Of a stretch of 64,000 nt of DNA, positions 30,901 through 41,405 are shown one piece after another. How positions within the stretch are numbered: position 1 is the first letter of the stretch; each line of letters begins with the position of its first letter. Below the pieces are notes generated by a model. It did not search any database and was not told the origin of the DNA. It saw only the letters and a program-made list of their open reading frames with translations. This stretch comes from an uncultured delta proteobacterium (GTDB taxonomy: Bacteria > Desulfobacterota > Binatia > UBA9968). Where the stretch lies: contig CAVSHR010000003.1 of the NCBI GenBank assembly GCA_963727625.1, forward strand, positions 96,001 to 160,000, in the 5' to 3' direction. Made by a program: the position numbers and the translations under genes.

Positions 30901-31785
30901 GTTCTCGCCGAATAAATCCAACTGTCTCGGATCAGGATCGGCGAGGCCAATGATCAGCGTATCCAGACCTCTGGAGAAAAACGCTCCGATTCGGTCTACG
31001 ACAGCTGTGGGCGGTCCGACCAGAGACGTGTTGGCCACGTCCGCGCGTAGGCGTCCGTAGTAGCGCACGACGTAGTCTTCGACCGTTTTCACGGCCTTGG
31101 CTTGGTCGTCGCCGATCGCCATGAAAGTCAGCCCCGCCTTGGTGATCTTATCGGGATTTCTTCCAGCGGCCTTGGCGTAGCCGCTGACTTTTTCCCAGGT
31201 GGTCGGAAAGTCCGGGATCGCTGAGCTGCCGCAGATGAAACCATCGGCCCAGGTGCCGGCGCGTTTGAGAGCGGTTTCGGCGCTGCCGCCGGTCCAGATC
31301 GGCGGATGGGGTTTCTGTACCGGACGAGGACCTATGGTAAGATTTTCCACGTTAAAAAATTTGCCCTTGTGCGTGACGTTATCTTCGGTCCAAAGGCGCT
31401 TCATCAGTTGCACCTGCTCGACCGCCCTGCTGCCTCTGTGCTCGTAGGGAATCTCCACCGCTTTGTAATCGCTCTCCCGGCTGCCGAAGCCGAGGCCGAG
31501 GGTGACCCGGCCGTTGGAGATGAAATCCAGCGTCGCGACGATCTTGGCGAGATGGCTGGGATGGCGCAGGTTGCCTAGCAAAACGGAGGTGCCGAGGCGA
31601 ATGTTTTGCGTGGCGCCTGCCGCGGCGGCCAATATCGTCAGGGGTTCGAGATTATCGTAAGCGATGCGATCGATGGTCCACATGGAGTGGCAGCCCATCG
31701 CCTCGCACTTCTTGGCGAAGTTGATGACATTCTCCGGTTTGGTGAGCGGCGCGGGATTGACCCAGGCGAGACCGATGTTGGCCAT
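30877..31785 (-). CDS. LLM class flavin-dependent oxidoreductase
   Basis: EP.T.L.A.A..T..IRLGT.V, LAK..ATLD.ISNGR..LG.G.G, PRPVQKPHPPIW.GG. Confidence 0.9.
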   Translation of the reverse strand: MANIGLAWVNPAPLTKPENVINFAKKCEAMGCHSMWTIDRIAYDNLEPLTILAAAAGATQNIRLGTSVLLGNLRHPSHLAKIVATLDFISNGRVTLGLGFGSRESDYKAVEIPYEHRGSRAVEQVQLMKRLWTEDNVTHKGKFFNVENLTIGPRPVQKPHPPIWTGGSAETALKRAGTWADGFICGSSAIPDFPTTWEKVSGYAKAAGRNPDKITKAGLTFMAIGDDQAKAVKTVEDYVVRYYGRLRADVANTSLVGPPTAVVDRIGAFFSRGLDTLIIGLADPDPRQLDLFGENVLPRLKP

Positions 31786-31813
31786 TTGTTTCTCCTTAAG
31801 CTTGTGCAGTATG

Positions 31814-31849
31814 GCGGTTTAAATCGTTTAAAACGTTCAAGCGGTTCAA
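31814..31849. repeat. Four 9-bp degenerate tandem repeats in divergent promoter region
   Basis: GCGGTTTAA ATCGTTTAA AACGTTCAA GCGGTTCAA. Confidence 0.6.
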
Positions 31850-31946
31850 CACGTCCGGTCAGAGCAAAATAGACCAGGCAGTGAGCCCTTTTCAAGGATT
31901 ACCGTCTGAGATATACCGACGCCATAGCACCCAAGGAGGGCAAACG

Positions 31947-32381
31947 ATGGAATCTTCGACATTTAAACTAAAAACCCCGCACATCACCAACGGACGGAGC
32001 CACATTCCGTTGGCGCGGACAGAGCATATGACCGTCGGGCTCAACTACTATATCCCCGGGCGGAAGAATAAGCTGCACACCCATCCGGGCGAAGATCACA
32101 TCTTCGTGGTGATGGATGGGCAAGCGACATTCTACAACAAAGAACATCAACCGACCGTGCTCGACAAGGGCGAAGGCATCATGCTGCCGGAAAATCATTA
32201 TTATTATTTTGCCAGCACGGGCGAGGTGCCGTTGGCGCTGTTTCGCGTGAACGCAAAGAAGGGCAACAAGCCCAAGGTCGTGCGCGTGGATTCGGAAGGC
32301 AACCGGAGAACCGATGAGGAAGTCGATTTCGTCGTGGTCGACGGCGAGGTTGTCGAGGGACAGTTCTGGGAGATGAAATAA
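31947..32381 (+). CDS. Cupin domain protein
   Basis: LHTHPGEDH..V..G motif; AGGAGG RBS before ATG 31947. Confidence 0.8.
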   Translation: MESSTFKLKTPHITNGRSHIPLARTEHMTVGLNYYIPGRKNKLHTHPGEDHIFVVMDGQATFYNKEHQPTVLDKGEGIMLPENHYYYFASTGEVPLALFRVNAKKGNKPKVVRVDSEGNRRTDEEVDFVVVDGEVVEGQFWEMK

Positions 32382-32387
32382 CCACGG

Positions 32388-33542
32388 ATGAAAATCACCG
32401 ACGTAAAGACGATCCGGCTGCGCGCGCAAATTCCGCCCGACGGCCAGGTGTTCAGCCGTTCCGGGGTGCGCAATACCCGCTCGGCGACTCTCGTGCGGGT
32501 CAATACAGACGAGGGCGTTTCCGGTCTCGGTTCCTGTTCCGGAAACGGTGAGCTGATCGAGGCGATCGTCGGCAAGGTATTGAAGCCGTTATTGATCGGT
32601 ATGGATCCGACGGCCATCGACGCGGTCTGGGACAAAGCTTACGTGCGAGGCGGCCATAAAGAATTCGGCACGCGCGGCATCGGCGTAGTCGCGCTGAGCG
32701 GCATCGACGTGGCGCTCTGGGATATTCTCGGCAAAGTCCGGGGTGTGCCGCTCTATCAACTGCTTGGCGGCAAGTGCCGGGACAAGGTGCCGGTCTATGC
32801 TACGGCGCTCTATCCCGAAGAACCGTCGAAAGTTGCGAAACGCGCCCGCGCGTTCGCTGAACAGGGTTTTCACGGCGTGAAGATCAAGGTCGGCTTCGAT
32901 CTCGATCAAGATATTCGTATTGTGCGCGCGGTGCGCGACGAGCTCGGCGGAGATTTCATCGTCATGACCGATGCCAATCAGGGCTACAGCGTCGATGTCG
33001 CCTTGAAAGCTTCCGAAGCATTTGCCGACTGCGGTGCGTTCTGGCTCGAGGAGCCGCTCTTCGTCGAAGACATCGAGGGCCACGCGCTGCTCCGGGAAAA
33101 GGGCAAGACACCGATCGCCGTGGGCGAAAACCTGCACATGTCCTACGCCTTTGAAAACTTTATCGCGCGCGGCGCGGTGGATTTTATCCAACCGGATGTG
33201 GCGCGGGCAGGCGGCATCAGCGAGGTCTGCAAGATCACCGCGCTGGCGGCCAAGCACAACGTGCCGGTGTCGTTTCACACCTGGGGCGACGGCGTCGCGC
33301 TCGCCGCGAGCATTCATTTATCGACGGCGTTAAAAAATTGCATCGTGATGGAGCTCGATTACACCTACAACCCGCTGCGCGAAGAGTTGCTGAGCGACCC
33401 GTTCAAAGCACAAAATGGTTATCTCTCCGCGCCGGAAAGGCCCGGCTTGGGCATCGAGTTAGATCAAGCCGCGCTGACGCGCTTCGGGTTTTCCGGGACC
33501 GAAGAGCTCACGGTGCGCCGCAAGACCTTGGGCGCTGCCTGA
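32388..33542 (+). CDS. Mandelate racemase / muconate lactonizing enzyme family protein
   Basis: D.ALWD, KIK, DAN, EEP, GEN, QPD, H motifs. Confidence 0.92.
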   Translation: MKITDVKTIRLRAQIPPDGQVFSRSGVRNTRSATLVRVNTDEGVSGLGSCSGNGELIEAIVGKVLKPLLIGMDPTAIDAVWDKAYVRGGHKEFGTRGIGVVALSGIDVALWDILGKVRGVPLYQLLGGKCRDKVPVYATALYPEEPSKVAKRARAFAEQGFHGVKIKVGFDLDQDIRIVRAVRDELGGDFIVMTDANQGYSVDVALKASEAFADCGAFWLEEPLFVEDIEGHALLREKGKTPIAVGENLHMSYAFENFIARGAVDFIQPDVARAGGISEVCKITALAAKHNVPVSFHTWGDGVALAASIHLSTALKNCIVMELDYTYNPLREELLSDPFKAQNGYLSAPERPGLGIELDQAALTRFGFSGTEELTVRRKTLGAA

Positions 33543-33954
33543 CCCTTTAAAGGCACTTGGTTTCCTGCTGTTCAATATTGCTTCCAAGATTTATTGGTTG
33601 ATCCAAATAGACGTCGACGTTTCGCTTCGGTCACAGCCGGTTTCGACGGCGGCGCAGCTTGCCTTAGCAGCACGGTATCGGCGTGCGCAACAGCATCATT
33701 AGCGATGCGGCGTGACATCATCTTGCGCGTCATGAGGACCCATCTTGGCGGTATCCATCGCTTTTAGACCAATGAGTCCGATCCCTTGTCAAAGTGATCG
33801 AGGGCAGCGGTTTTCGAAGCGATGGTATGGGAATTGGGCGCGGCACAATCTTAGATAAAATTTTCCGCGTTCATCCTCTGGCGCTTTGATTGCGCGTGGG
33901 CGCCGGTTCGTTATTGCCTTAATCCCCGAAGCTGTTAAGATTATGCGGCTTTTT

Positions 33955-35331
33955 ATGTATCGAGAAGATACCATAGCTGCCATCGCGACGCCGCCGGGAG
34001 AAGGCGGTGTGGCCATTGTGCGGATCAGCGGTGTCGATGCACCGTCGATTGCGGCGAGCATCTTTCGTCGCAATCATGGCGCTAACGATCGACTAAAATC
34101 TCACACTCTCTACCACGGCAAGATTCTTGATCCGAGCAACAGGCGCGTGCTTGACCAAGTGCTGCTGGTCATTATGCGTAAGCCTCGAAGCTACACCGGT
34201 GAAGACGTGGTTGAGATCCACTGCCACGGCGGGGCGTTTCTGAGTCAACAAATACTCGGCCTGGTTTTGACCCAAGGGGCGAGACAAGCCGAGCCGGGCG
34301 AATTTACCAAGCGTGCGTTTCTGAATGGGCGCGTGGATCTTTCTCAAGCGGAGGCAGTGCTCGATCTGATCCGCGCCAAAACCGAGAAAAGCGCGGTGCT
34401 CGCGGTTGGTCAGGTCGCTGGCACTCTGTCCCAGTGGGTCGACGAGTTGCGCGAGGAGTTGCTCGACATTCTGGTTCAAGTGGAGGCTGCCATCGACTTT
34501 CCAGAGGAGGAAATCGAGCTCTTGCGGCGCCAGGAGTTGATCGAGAAAATCTCCGCCTTGAATTCTAAAATTAATTATATTTCAGATACTTATGAATGGG
34601 GCAAGTTGTTTCGCGAGGGCGCTCGGGTATGTATCTGTGGCCGCCCCAATGTCGGTAAGTCGAGTTTGCTCAACGCCCTGCTAGGCGAAGACCGGGTCAT
34701 TGTTACACCATTTGCGGGCACAACCAGGGACGTGATCGAAGAGTCAATTAACCTAAACGGTCTCCCGGTAGTAATCTGGGACACCGCCGGTATTCGCGAT
34801 TCCGAAGATCAGATCGAGCGTATCGGCGTTGAGCTTAGCCGCCGGCATCTAGAAAAGGCCGATGCGGTAATCGTCGTGCTCGATGGCTCCGAGCGGTTAA
34901 CTCCGGACGACGAGGCGTTACTCTATGGCGCGGCCCGGAAGAAGCTTTTGGTCGCTGTCAATAAATCTGACCTGCCTCAGTTGCTTGATCCGGGCGACGT
35001 GGCGCGGTTTAGTTGCGAGAGTAAGGTTGGTGGCGTATCGGCTAAGACAGGCGAAGGGCTATTTTGGCTGAAGGAAAACCTCAGAGATCTTCTGGTCGAC
35101 ACCGAGGTCGAAACGCCAGTGGTGATAACTAATTTACGCCATCGCAGCGCACTGGAGCGGAGCCAAACTTCGCTACAACATGCGATGGCGGCATTAGAGG
35201 AAGGTTATGCCTCAGAATTTGTCGCCATCGACCTCAACGAAGCGCGCGATGGGCTCGAAGAAATTACCGGAATGATTCAAAATGATGATATTTTAGAACG
35301 TATTTTTTCGAATTTTTGTATTGGAAAATAG
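33955..35331 (+). CDS. mnmE: tRNA modification GTPase MnmE
   Basis: DTIAAIATP.G.GG, GRPNVGKSS, GTTRD, DTAG, NKSD, FCIGK terminus. Confidence 0.98.
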   Translation: MYREDTIAAIATPPGEGGVAIVRISGVDAPSIAASIFRRNHGANDRLKSHTLYHGKILDPSNRRVLDQVLLVIMRKPRSYTGEDVVEIHCHGGAFLSQQILGLVLTQGARQAEPGEFTKRAFLNGRVDLSQAEAVLDLIRAKTEKSAVLAVGQVAGTLSQWVDELREELLDILVQVEAAIDFPEEEIELLRRQELIEKISALNSKINYISDTYEWGKLFREGARVCICGRPNVGKSSLLNALLGEDRVIVTPFAGTTRDVIEESINLNGLPVVIWDTAGIRDSEDQIERIGVELSRRHLEKADAVIVVLDGSERLTPDDEALLYGAARKKLLVAVNKSDLPQLLDPGDVARFSCESKVGGVSAKTGEGLFWLKENLRDLLVDTEVETPVVITNLRHRSALERSQTSLQHAMAALEEGYASEFVAIDLNEARDGLEEITGMIQNDDILERIFSNFCIGK

Positions 35332-35388
35332 ATCGTTAAAACGAATTTGTTAAAGAACAAATAAGCTAAACAGGGATTAATCAACGAT

Positions 35389-35404
35389 TGTTTTACGTGA
35401 AACT
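35389..35404. promoter_or_regulatory. parS site (2 mismatches)
   Basis: TGTTTTACGTGAAACT directly before the mnmG ATG. Confidence 0.7.
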
Positions 35405-37282
35405 ATGACAGAATCGAACGGGAAGGTTTTCGATGTAATCGTTGTCGGTGCCGGCCACGCTGGGATCGAGGCATGCCTTGCTTCAGCCCGCATGGGCTGT
35501 TCAACCTTGATGCTGACGTTGAACCTCGATCATATTGGTCAAATGTCCTGCAATCCAGCGATTGGCGGAATTGGCAAGGGCCATCTGGTAAAAGAGATCG
35601 ACGCCCTTGGCGGCGAGATGGGCCGGGCAATCGACGAGACGGGGATTCAATTTCGTGTGCTCAATACCAAGAAAGGGCCGGCGGTTCGAGCTTCGCGGGC
35701 CCAAGCGGACAAGGCCTTGTATCGTCAGCGGATGAAACGGGTTTTAGAAACCTGCCCTAATCTGACGCTTCGACAGGGAAGCGTTGAGGCGTTGATCGTG
35801 AAGAGTGGCAAATTGCACGGGGTCGAGACTCAGATCGGCGAACGATTTTTTGGCAGGAAAGTTATTTTGACGACCGGCACGTTTCTGAAAGGGCTCATCC
35901 ATATCGGCGATCGAAATTATTCGGCCGGGCGTGCGGGTGATTTCGCAGTTCATGGGCTTAGCGAGTCTTTGGTTAATCTCGGCTTTAAGGTGGGCAGGCT
36001 GAAGACCGGCACTTGTCCTAGGCTTGACGCTAGGACGATCGATTTTACAAAACTGGTAGTTCAACCCGGTGATGACAATCCGATTCCATTTTCTTTTTCG
36101 AGCGAGAGGATTACCCAGCGCCAGGTGCCTTGCCATATTACTTATACAAATCCTCGCACTCATGAAATTATCCGATCGGCACTTCATCGATCGCCGATGT
36201 ATTCCGGCGTGATCAAGAGCCGGGGGCCGCGATACTGTCCCTCCATTGAAGACAAGATTCATCGATTTGCCGACAAGGAGAGACACCAAATCTTCCTTGA
36301 GCCAGAGGGGTTGGATACCGTTGAGATTTATCCTAACGGGCTATCTACGAGTTTGCCGTTGGATGTTCAGATTGAAATGGTTCGCTCGATCGAAGGCTTG
36401 GAGTCTGCTGAAATCATGCGTCCGGGCTACGCCATCGAATACGATTACTTCGAACCGACGCAGCTTCACCCGAGCTTGGAAACCAAGTTAATTCACGGGC
36501 TTTATCACGCCGGCCAAATTAATGGGACAACCGGTTACGAAGAAGCGGCGGCTCAAGGGATCATGGCGGGCATCAACTCGGTGCTCAGTCTTCGGGGGGA
36601 GAGTCCGCTGGTTTTCTCCCGCGAGCAGGCTTACATTGGAGTACTAATTGATGATCTGGTGACTAAGGGAACCGACAATGAGCCGTACAGGATGTTTACA
36701 TCTAGAGCTGAATATCGCTTGCTGCTGCGCGAGGACAATGCAGATCTTCGGCTAACCGAGATCGGTCACAAAATTGGTTTGGCCAGCACGGCTGCATTTG
36801 AAAAGGTCAGCAGCAAAGTTCGCGCGGTTGGCAATTTGACTAGTTTCCTGGAGCGACAACAGGCGGTACCGAGTCTCCAAGTTAATACTCTGCTTGACTC
36901 TTTTGGATCAGCGCCATTGCGCAATCAGGCCAAATTGGCTCAGATTCTTCGTCGCCCTGAAATTTCTTTGGCTAAGCTTAGGGCACTATGGCCAGATCTT
37001 CCGAATTGCAGCCACGATGTCGATGCCCAAGCAGAGATCCAGCTCAAATACCAAGGCTACGTCGAGCGCCAGCTTGAGATCGTCGAGCGCTCCCTGAAGA
37101 TGGAGCATGCGCGCTTGCCCGAGGACATTGATTACTCTCGAATTAGTGGGCTATCACGCGAAGTGTGCGAAAAGCTAATCAGGATAAAACCCCGGTCCCT
37201 CGGTCAGGCAGCGAGGATTCCCGGCATAACTCCAGCGGCGATATCGCGGCTTTCGTTTTATCTCAAGAAAAAGAGCGCCTGA
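35405..37282 (+). CDS. mnmG: tRNA uridine-5-carboxymethylaminomethyl(34) synthesis enzyme MnmG
   Basis: GAGHAG, MSCNPAIGG, RLKTGT, GPRYCPSIEDK, GQINGTTGYEEAA, EPYRMFTSRAEYRL. Confidence 0.99.
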   Translation: MTESNGKVFDVIVVGAGHAGIEACLASARMGCSTLMLTLNLDHIGQMSCNPAIGGIGKGHLVKEIDALGGEMGRAIDETGIQFRVLNTKKGPAVRASRAQADKALYRQRMKRVLETCPNLTLRQGSVEALIVKSGKLHGVETQIGERFFGRKVILTTGTFLKGLIHIGDRNYSAGRAGDFAVHGLSESLVNLGFKVGRLKTGTCPRLDARTIDFTKLVVQPGDDNPIPFSFSSERITQRQVPCHITYTNPRTHEIIRSALHRSPMYSGVIKSRGPRYCPSIEDKIHRFADKERHQIFLEPEGLDTVEIYPNGLSTSLPLDVQIEMVRSIEGLESAEIMRPGYAIEYDYFEPTQLHPSLETKLIHGLYHAGQINGTTGYEEAAAQGIMAGINSVLSLRGESPLVFSREQAYIGVLIDDLVTKGTDNEPYRMFTSRAEYRLLLREDNADLRLTEIGHKIGLASTAAFEKVSSKVRAVGNLTSFLERQQAVPSLQVNTLLDSFGSAPLRNQAKLAQILRRPEISLAKLRALWPDLPNCSHDVDAQAEIQLKYQGYVERQLEIVERSLKMEHARLPEDIDYSRISGLSREVCEKLIRIKPRSLGQAARIPGITPAAISRLSFYLKKKSA

Positions 37283-37349
37283 CGCTCTTTGCCACCTTTG
37301 CTTCAAAAATTTTCTTACTTATAGGAATTTACTGTCCCTAAGTTTACGT

Positions 37350-37365
37350 TGTTTCACGTGAAACA
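37350..37365. promoter_or_regulatory. parS site (perfect consensus)
   Basis: TGTTTCACGTGAAACA, within a 20-bp perfect palindrome 37348-37367. Confidence 0.92.
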
Positions 37366-37418
37366 ACAAATTCTGCTTTTAATTTCGCGATTATTGTGAT
37401 AACAATGTGAGGGAGGAT

Positions 37419-37440
37419 TAAGTTATATAACTTATTGATT
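37419..37440. promoter_or_regulatory. Palindrome overlapping an IHF-consensus site upstream of parA
   Basis: TAAGTTATATAACTTA palindrome; TAACTTATTGATT matches YAANNNNTTGATW. Confidence 0.5.
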
Positions 37441-37455
37441 TATATAATGATTTTT

Positions 37456-38250
37456 ATGGGAAGGACGATTGCAATCGCAAATCAAAAAGGCGGCGTTGGC
37501 AAAACTACCACCGCTATCAACCTTGCTGCGTCGCTCGCCCTTGAGTCCAAACGAACCCTTCTCGTCGATATTGATCCGCAGGGAAACAGCACCACCGGCT
37601 TGGGGATCGACCGAAGCCAACTTACGGCGAGCCTGTACCATGTCATCGACGGATCCCGCTTCATCGGTGAAGTATTGTGCGAGACCGAATTGCCCAATTT
37701 GCTGCTCGTTCCGGCGACCAAAGATCTCGTCGGCACCGAAATCGAGCTGGTTGGCGGCGACCGACGGGAGTATCGTCTTAAAGAAGCGCTGGCCTCAGTT
37801 ACGAACCATTATGATTACGTACTGCTGGATTGCCCGCCGTCCTTGGGTTTGCTGACGCTCAATGCGCTCACGGCCGCTGAGTCGTTGCTGATACCGATTC
37901 AGAGCGAGTACTACGCTTTGGAAGGGCTGAGCGCGATCCTTGAAACCCTGCGGTTAGTCCAGCAAGGCTTGAATACCGCACTGTGTTTGGAAGGAATCGT
38001 GATTACGATGTTCGACAGTCGCAACCGGATCTCGCACCAAGTCGTGGAAGAAATCCGCGCGCATTTTCCCGATAAACTTTTTCACACGATTGTGCGCCGC
38101 AACGTGCGCCTGAGCGAGAGCCCAAGCTACGGCAAACCGATTTGTTTGTACGACGCGAGTTCGACGGGCGCGCAAGATTATCGAGATTTAGCCAAGGAGT
38201 TGATCAGTCGTGGAGAGTTCAATGTCGACGCCGAAAAAGGGTTTGGGTAA
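37456..38250 (+). CDS. parA: Chromosome partitioning ATPase ParA/Soj
   Basis: [41 protein letters not shown]. Confidence 0.97.
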   Translation: MGRTIAIANQKGGVGKTTTAINLAASLALESKRTLLVDIDPQGNSTTGLGIDRSQLTASLYHVIDGSRFIGEVLCETELPNLLLVPATKDLVGTEIELVGGDRREYRLKEALASVTNHYDYVLLDCPPSLGLLTLNALTAAESLLIPIQSEYYALEGLSAILETLRLVQQGLNTALCLEGIVITMFDSRNRISHQVVEEIRAHFPDKLFHTIVRRNVRLSESPSYGKPICLYDASSTGAQDYRDLAKELISRGEFNVDAEKGFG

Positions 38251-39103
38251 AGGGCTGAGCGCGCTCATTCCGAGCGCCACCGAAACCAGAGTGGAAAGTC
38301 GCGATGAGCGCGCGACGCTCGAAGTCGCGGTGGATCGCATAACTGCCAGCCCGTTTCAGCCGCGGCGTCGTTTCGACGAAGCCAAAATCGACGAGCTCGC
38401 CGCGTCGATTCGCAATCAAGGCATCATTCAGCCACTGGTCGTCAGACCTAAGGGCGACGGTTTTGAGCTGATCGCCGGGGAACGGCGCTGGCGCGCTGCC
38501 ATGAAGGCGGGATTGGCCCGGGTGCCGGTGGTGGTGCGCGAAGCCAGCGATATTGAGGCGCTGCAGCTCGCGATGGTGGAAAATCTTCAGCGCGAAGATC
38601 TCAATCCGATCGAGGAAGCAGCGGGTTACCGCCGCCTGCAAGAAGAGTTTCACTGGAGCCAAGAGGAAATGGCCGAGAAGGTCGCGAAAAGCCGTCCGGC
38701 GATCGCTAATTCGCTACGCCTGCTCGCCCTTCCCGCCGAAGTGCAGCAGGAAGTTTCCGCGGGCAATTTGCCGGCCGGTCAAGCGCGCGCTTTGCTCGGT
38801 TTGCACGCCGAGGCTTTGATTCTTTCGGCAAGCCGCGAAGTGATTGCGAAGGGGCTTTCGACCCGTGAAACGGAAAAAATGGTCCGCCATTTGATCATCG
38901 GTCGCAAGCGACGCCGCCAAGTGCCGTTGCTCGATCCCGATTTGAAAACGATCGTCGAGGATTTGCAGCGGGCGCTCGGCACGCGCGTGCGCCTCTTACC
39001 CAAAGCGCGATCGACAAAGGGAATAATCGAGATCGAGTATTATGCTCCAACCGACCTCGAACGGATTATTCAGACAATCACGAAAAGCCCGGCCAACTCA
39101 TGA
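38222..39103 (+). CDS. parB: Chromosome partitioning protein ParB/Spo0J
   Basis: [34 protein letters not shown]. Confidence 0.97.
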   Translation: MSTPKKGLGKGLSALIPSATETRVESRDERATLEVAVDRITASPFQPRRRFDEAKIDELAASIRNQGIIQPLVVRPKGDGFELIAGERRWRAAMKAGLARVPVVVREASDIEALQLAMVENLQREDLNPIEEAAGYRRLQEEFHWSQEEMAEKVAKSRPAIANSLRLLALPAEVQQEVSAGNLPAGQARALLGLHAEALILSASREVIAKGLSTRETEKMVRHLIIGRKRRRQVPLLDPDLKTIVEDLQRALGTRVRLLPKARSTKGIIEIEYYAPTDLERIIQTITKSPANS

Positions 39104-39128
39104 GTTCAGTTGAGACTCGTGAAACGAC

Positions 39129-39151
39129 GCGCCAGAATCTACTTCTGGCGC
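39129..39151. terminator. Hairpin between convergent genes
   Basis: GCGCCAGAA-TCTAC-TTCTGGCGC. Confidence 0.55.
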
Positions 39152-39161
39152 AGGGCGAAAA

Positions 39162-41219
39162 TTAACTTTGCAGCAAAGATTTTAATTCGCTTGGGCTGGT
39201 CACCGGCGCCGAGCAAGTAAGGTTGTGACAAACGTACGCCGTCGGCTTGCCGTCCATCTGGCTTTTCCCTTGCACCAGCGGCGGGAGATCGTCAAGCGGT
39301 GCGTCCGGCGCTGCCAGTTGCAAGACTTTGTTCGGTAGAAAAATCGCATGGACCTGGGCGATAAGCTCCTTAACTCCGGGCTCCGCCGGATTGCCCACGA
39401 TAACAATTTCTCGGGGATTCTCCAGATAAAAATCCAAGGCGCAAAGCATATGGGCAAAGCCGAACGGTTGGCGTTCCATGGCATCGTAGCAGGAGCGCAG
39501 CACTTTCTCGGCGCGGCCGCGGTAATCCGCGTTGCCGGTGATGTGAGAGAGGCGCAGCAGTAGCTGCGTCGCCAGGGCATTCCCGGACGGGATCGAAGCA
39601 TCAAACATCGGCTTGGCGCGGCTGATCAACTTTTCATGCGACTTGCCGGTGAAAAAGAAGCCGCCGTCGCGCTCATCCCAAAACTCTCGGAGCATGATTT
39701 CCGCGAGCTCAACCGCGCGCGCCAAATCAGCACGATCAAAACTCGTCTCATAGAGATCCAGCAAACCGACCGCTAAAAAAGCGTAATCATCAAGATAACC
39801 GAGCAGTTTTGCCTGCCCGTCTTTGTAGGTGTGCAAGAGAAAACCGTCGCGAAACAGTTTGCTGAATATAAACTCAACGGTTCGTCGCGCGGCTTCCCGC
39901 CATGCCCAATTATCTGAAAGTTTAATCGCTTCGGCCAAACCTGAAAGAAGCAGGCCGTTCCATGCGGTGATGATCTTTTGATCGCGAAAAGGTTTGACGC
40001 GTTTTTCTCTTTCGGCAAACAACACTCGTTTGGCATTGGCGATGAGCGCTTCGATTTCGGAGAGTTCCTTGCGAAACAATTTGCTCGCTTGCTCGGGAGT
40101 TAAGACCGGATGGAGAATATTCTTATCCTCAAAATTACCTTCATCAGTTACGTCAAAAATCCGGCAGAAGATCTCGCCATCCGCTTCGCCCAACAAATCG
40201 TTGATTTCATCCGCAGTCCAAACAAAAAATTTTCCCTCTTCGCCTTCGCTGTCGGCATCCTGAGTCGAATAGAATCCCCCCTCGCCGTGCAGCATCTCGC
40301 GCAGCAGGTAAGCGACGGTGTCTTCCACGACCGACTTGAAAAACGGCTCCCGGGTGACCGTGTGGGCGTGGGCGTAGGCGCGCAAGAGCTGAGCGTTGTC
40401 ATAGAGCATTTTCTCGAAGTGCGGCACCAACCATTTGGCGTCCACCGAATAGCGGTGAAAGCCGCCGCCCAGATGATCGTAGATGCCGCCCTGAGCCATT
40501 TTCGTCAGCGTGTGGACAACCATTTCACGGTAGCGTTCGCTCTTGGAGTGAGAATAGTGGCGCAGGAAAAGTTCATAGACGCCGGCGTTGGGAAACTTCG
40601 GCGCTTGACCCAAACCGCCGTTGTCCGAATCGTAGGAGCCGGCGATCTTCGCCGCGCCTTCGGCGATGCTCGCTGCTGAAAAAGCCTTGGCCGTTTCCGG
40701 AGGTTCCGACATCCGCTCCAAGGCGGTGAGGATTTGGCTGACGCTTTTCTCGACATCCTCCGGCCGCTCGCGGTAGGCCTGTGACACGCCCAAAAGTATG
40801 CGCGGGAATCCCGGCATGCCCTGGCGGTCTTCCGGTGGAAAATAGGTCCCGCCGTAAAAAGGCTTGCGGTCGGGCGTGAGGAACATGGTCATCGGCCAAC
40901 CGCCCCTCCCCGTCAGCATCTGCACCGCGTTCATGTAAATCTCGTCCAAATCAGGACGCTCTTCGCGATCGACTTTGATGCTGACGAAAAGCTCGTTCAT
41001 GAGCGCAGCGATCTTTTCGTTCTCGAATGACTCGTGCTCCATCACATGGCACCAGTGACAGGCGGAGTAACCGATACTCAAAAAAACCGGTTTGTTTTCG
41101 CTTTTGGCTTTTTTAAAAGCCTCCTCCCCCCAAGGGTACCAATCGACAGGGTTGTGGGCATGCTGCAATAGATAGGGACTGGTTTCGTGGATGAGGCGAT
41201 TGGTATGCTTGGCTTCCAT
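39162..41219 (-). CDS. Thioredoxin-domain protein YyaL/SSP411 (DUF255) family
   Basis: [37 protein letters not shown]. Confidence 0.93.
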   Translation of the reverse strand: MEAKHTNRLIHETSPYLLQHAHNPVDWYPWGEEAFKKAKSENKPVFLSIGYSACHWCHVMEHESFENEKIAALMNELFVSIKVDREERPDLDEIYMNAVQMLTGRGGWPMTMFLTPDRKPFYGGTYFPPEDRQGMPGFPRILLGVSQAYRERPEDVEKSVSQILTALERMSEPPETAKAFSAASIAEGAAKIAGSYDSDNGGLGQAPKFPNAGVYELFLRHYSHSKSERYREMVVHTLTKMAQGGIYDHLGGGFHRYSVDAKWLVPHFEKMLYDNAQLLRAYAHAHTVTREPFFKSVVEDTVAYLLREMLHGEGGFYSTQDADSEGEEGKFFVWTADEINDLLGEADGEIFCRIFDVTDEGNFEDKNILHPVLTPEQASKLFRKELSEIEALIANAKRVLFAEREKRVKPFRDQKIITAWNGLLLSGLAEAIKLSDNWAWREAARRTVEFIFSKLFRDGFLLHTYKDGQAKLLGYLDDYAFLAVGLLDLYETSFDRADLARAVELAEIMLREFWDERDGGFFFTGKSHEKLISRAKPMFDASIPSGNALATQLLLRLSHITGNADYRGRAEKVLRSCYDAMERQPFGFAHMLCALDFYLENPREIVIVGNPAEPGVKELIAQVHAIFLPNKVLQLAAPDAPLDDLPPLVQGKSQMDGKPTAYVCHNLTCSAPVTSPSELKSLLQS

Positions 41220-41405
41220 CAATCGGCCGCCTGCGTAGAAAGCTGCACTCACGCTAACACATTCGTTGGGGTGCCGAAACCGATTGATACGGAGTCTCGA
41301 GCCAGCGGAAATACAGCGGGGCTGGAAATTTCCTTTTCATAAGAAAACGCTTCAAGGCGGTCTTAACCCATCCAATGAACGCGGCGCCGGCGCGCCAATC
41401 GCTGC

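Noticed and set aside
30834-30950. Longer start for the DAHP synthase
   Set aside because: Overlaps the LLM gene; family similarity begins at MKTDDLRI
37283-37455. Possible oriC in the AT-rich mnmG-parA gap
   Set aside because: No TTATCCACA DnaA-box cluster seen and no dnaA in the window; parS and promoter elements explain it
39111-39126. CGTGAAAC half-site after parB
   Set aside because: Left half does not match parS
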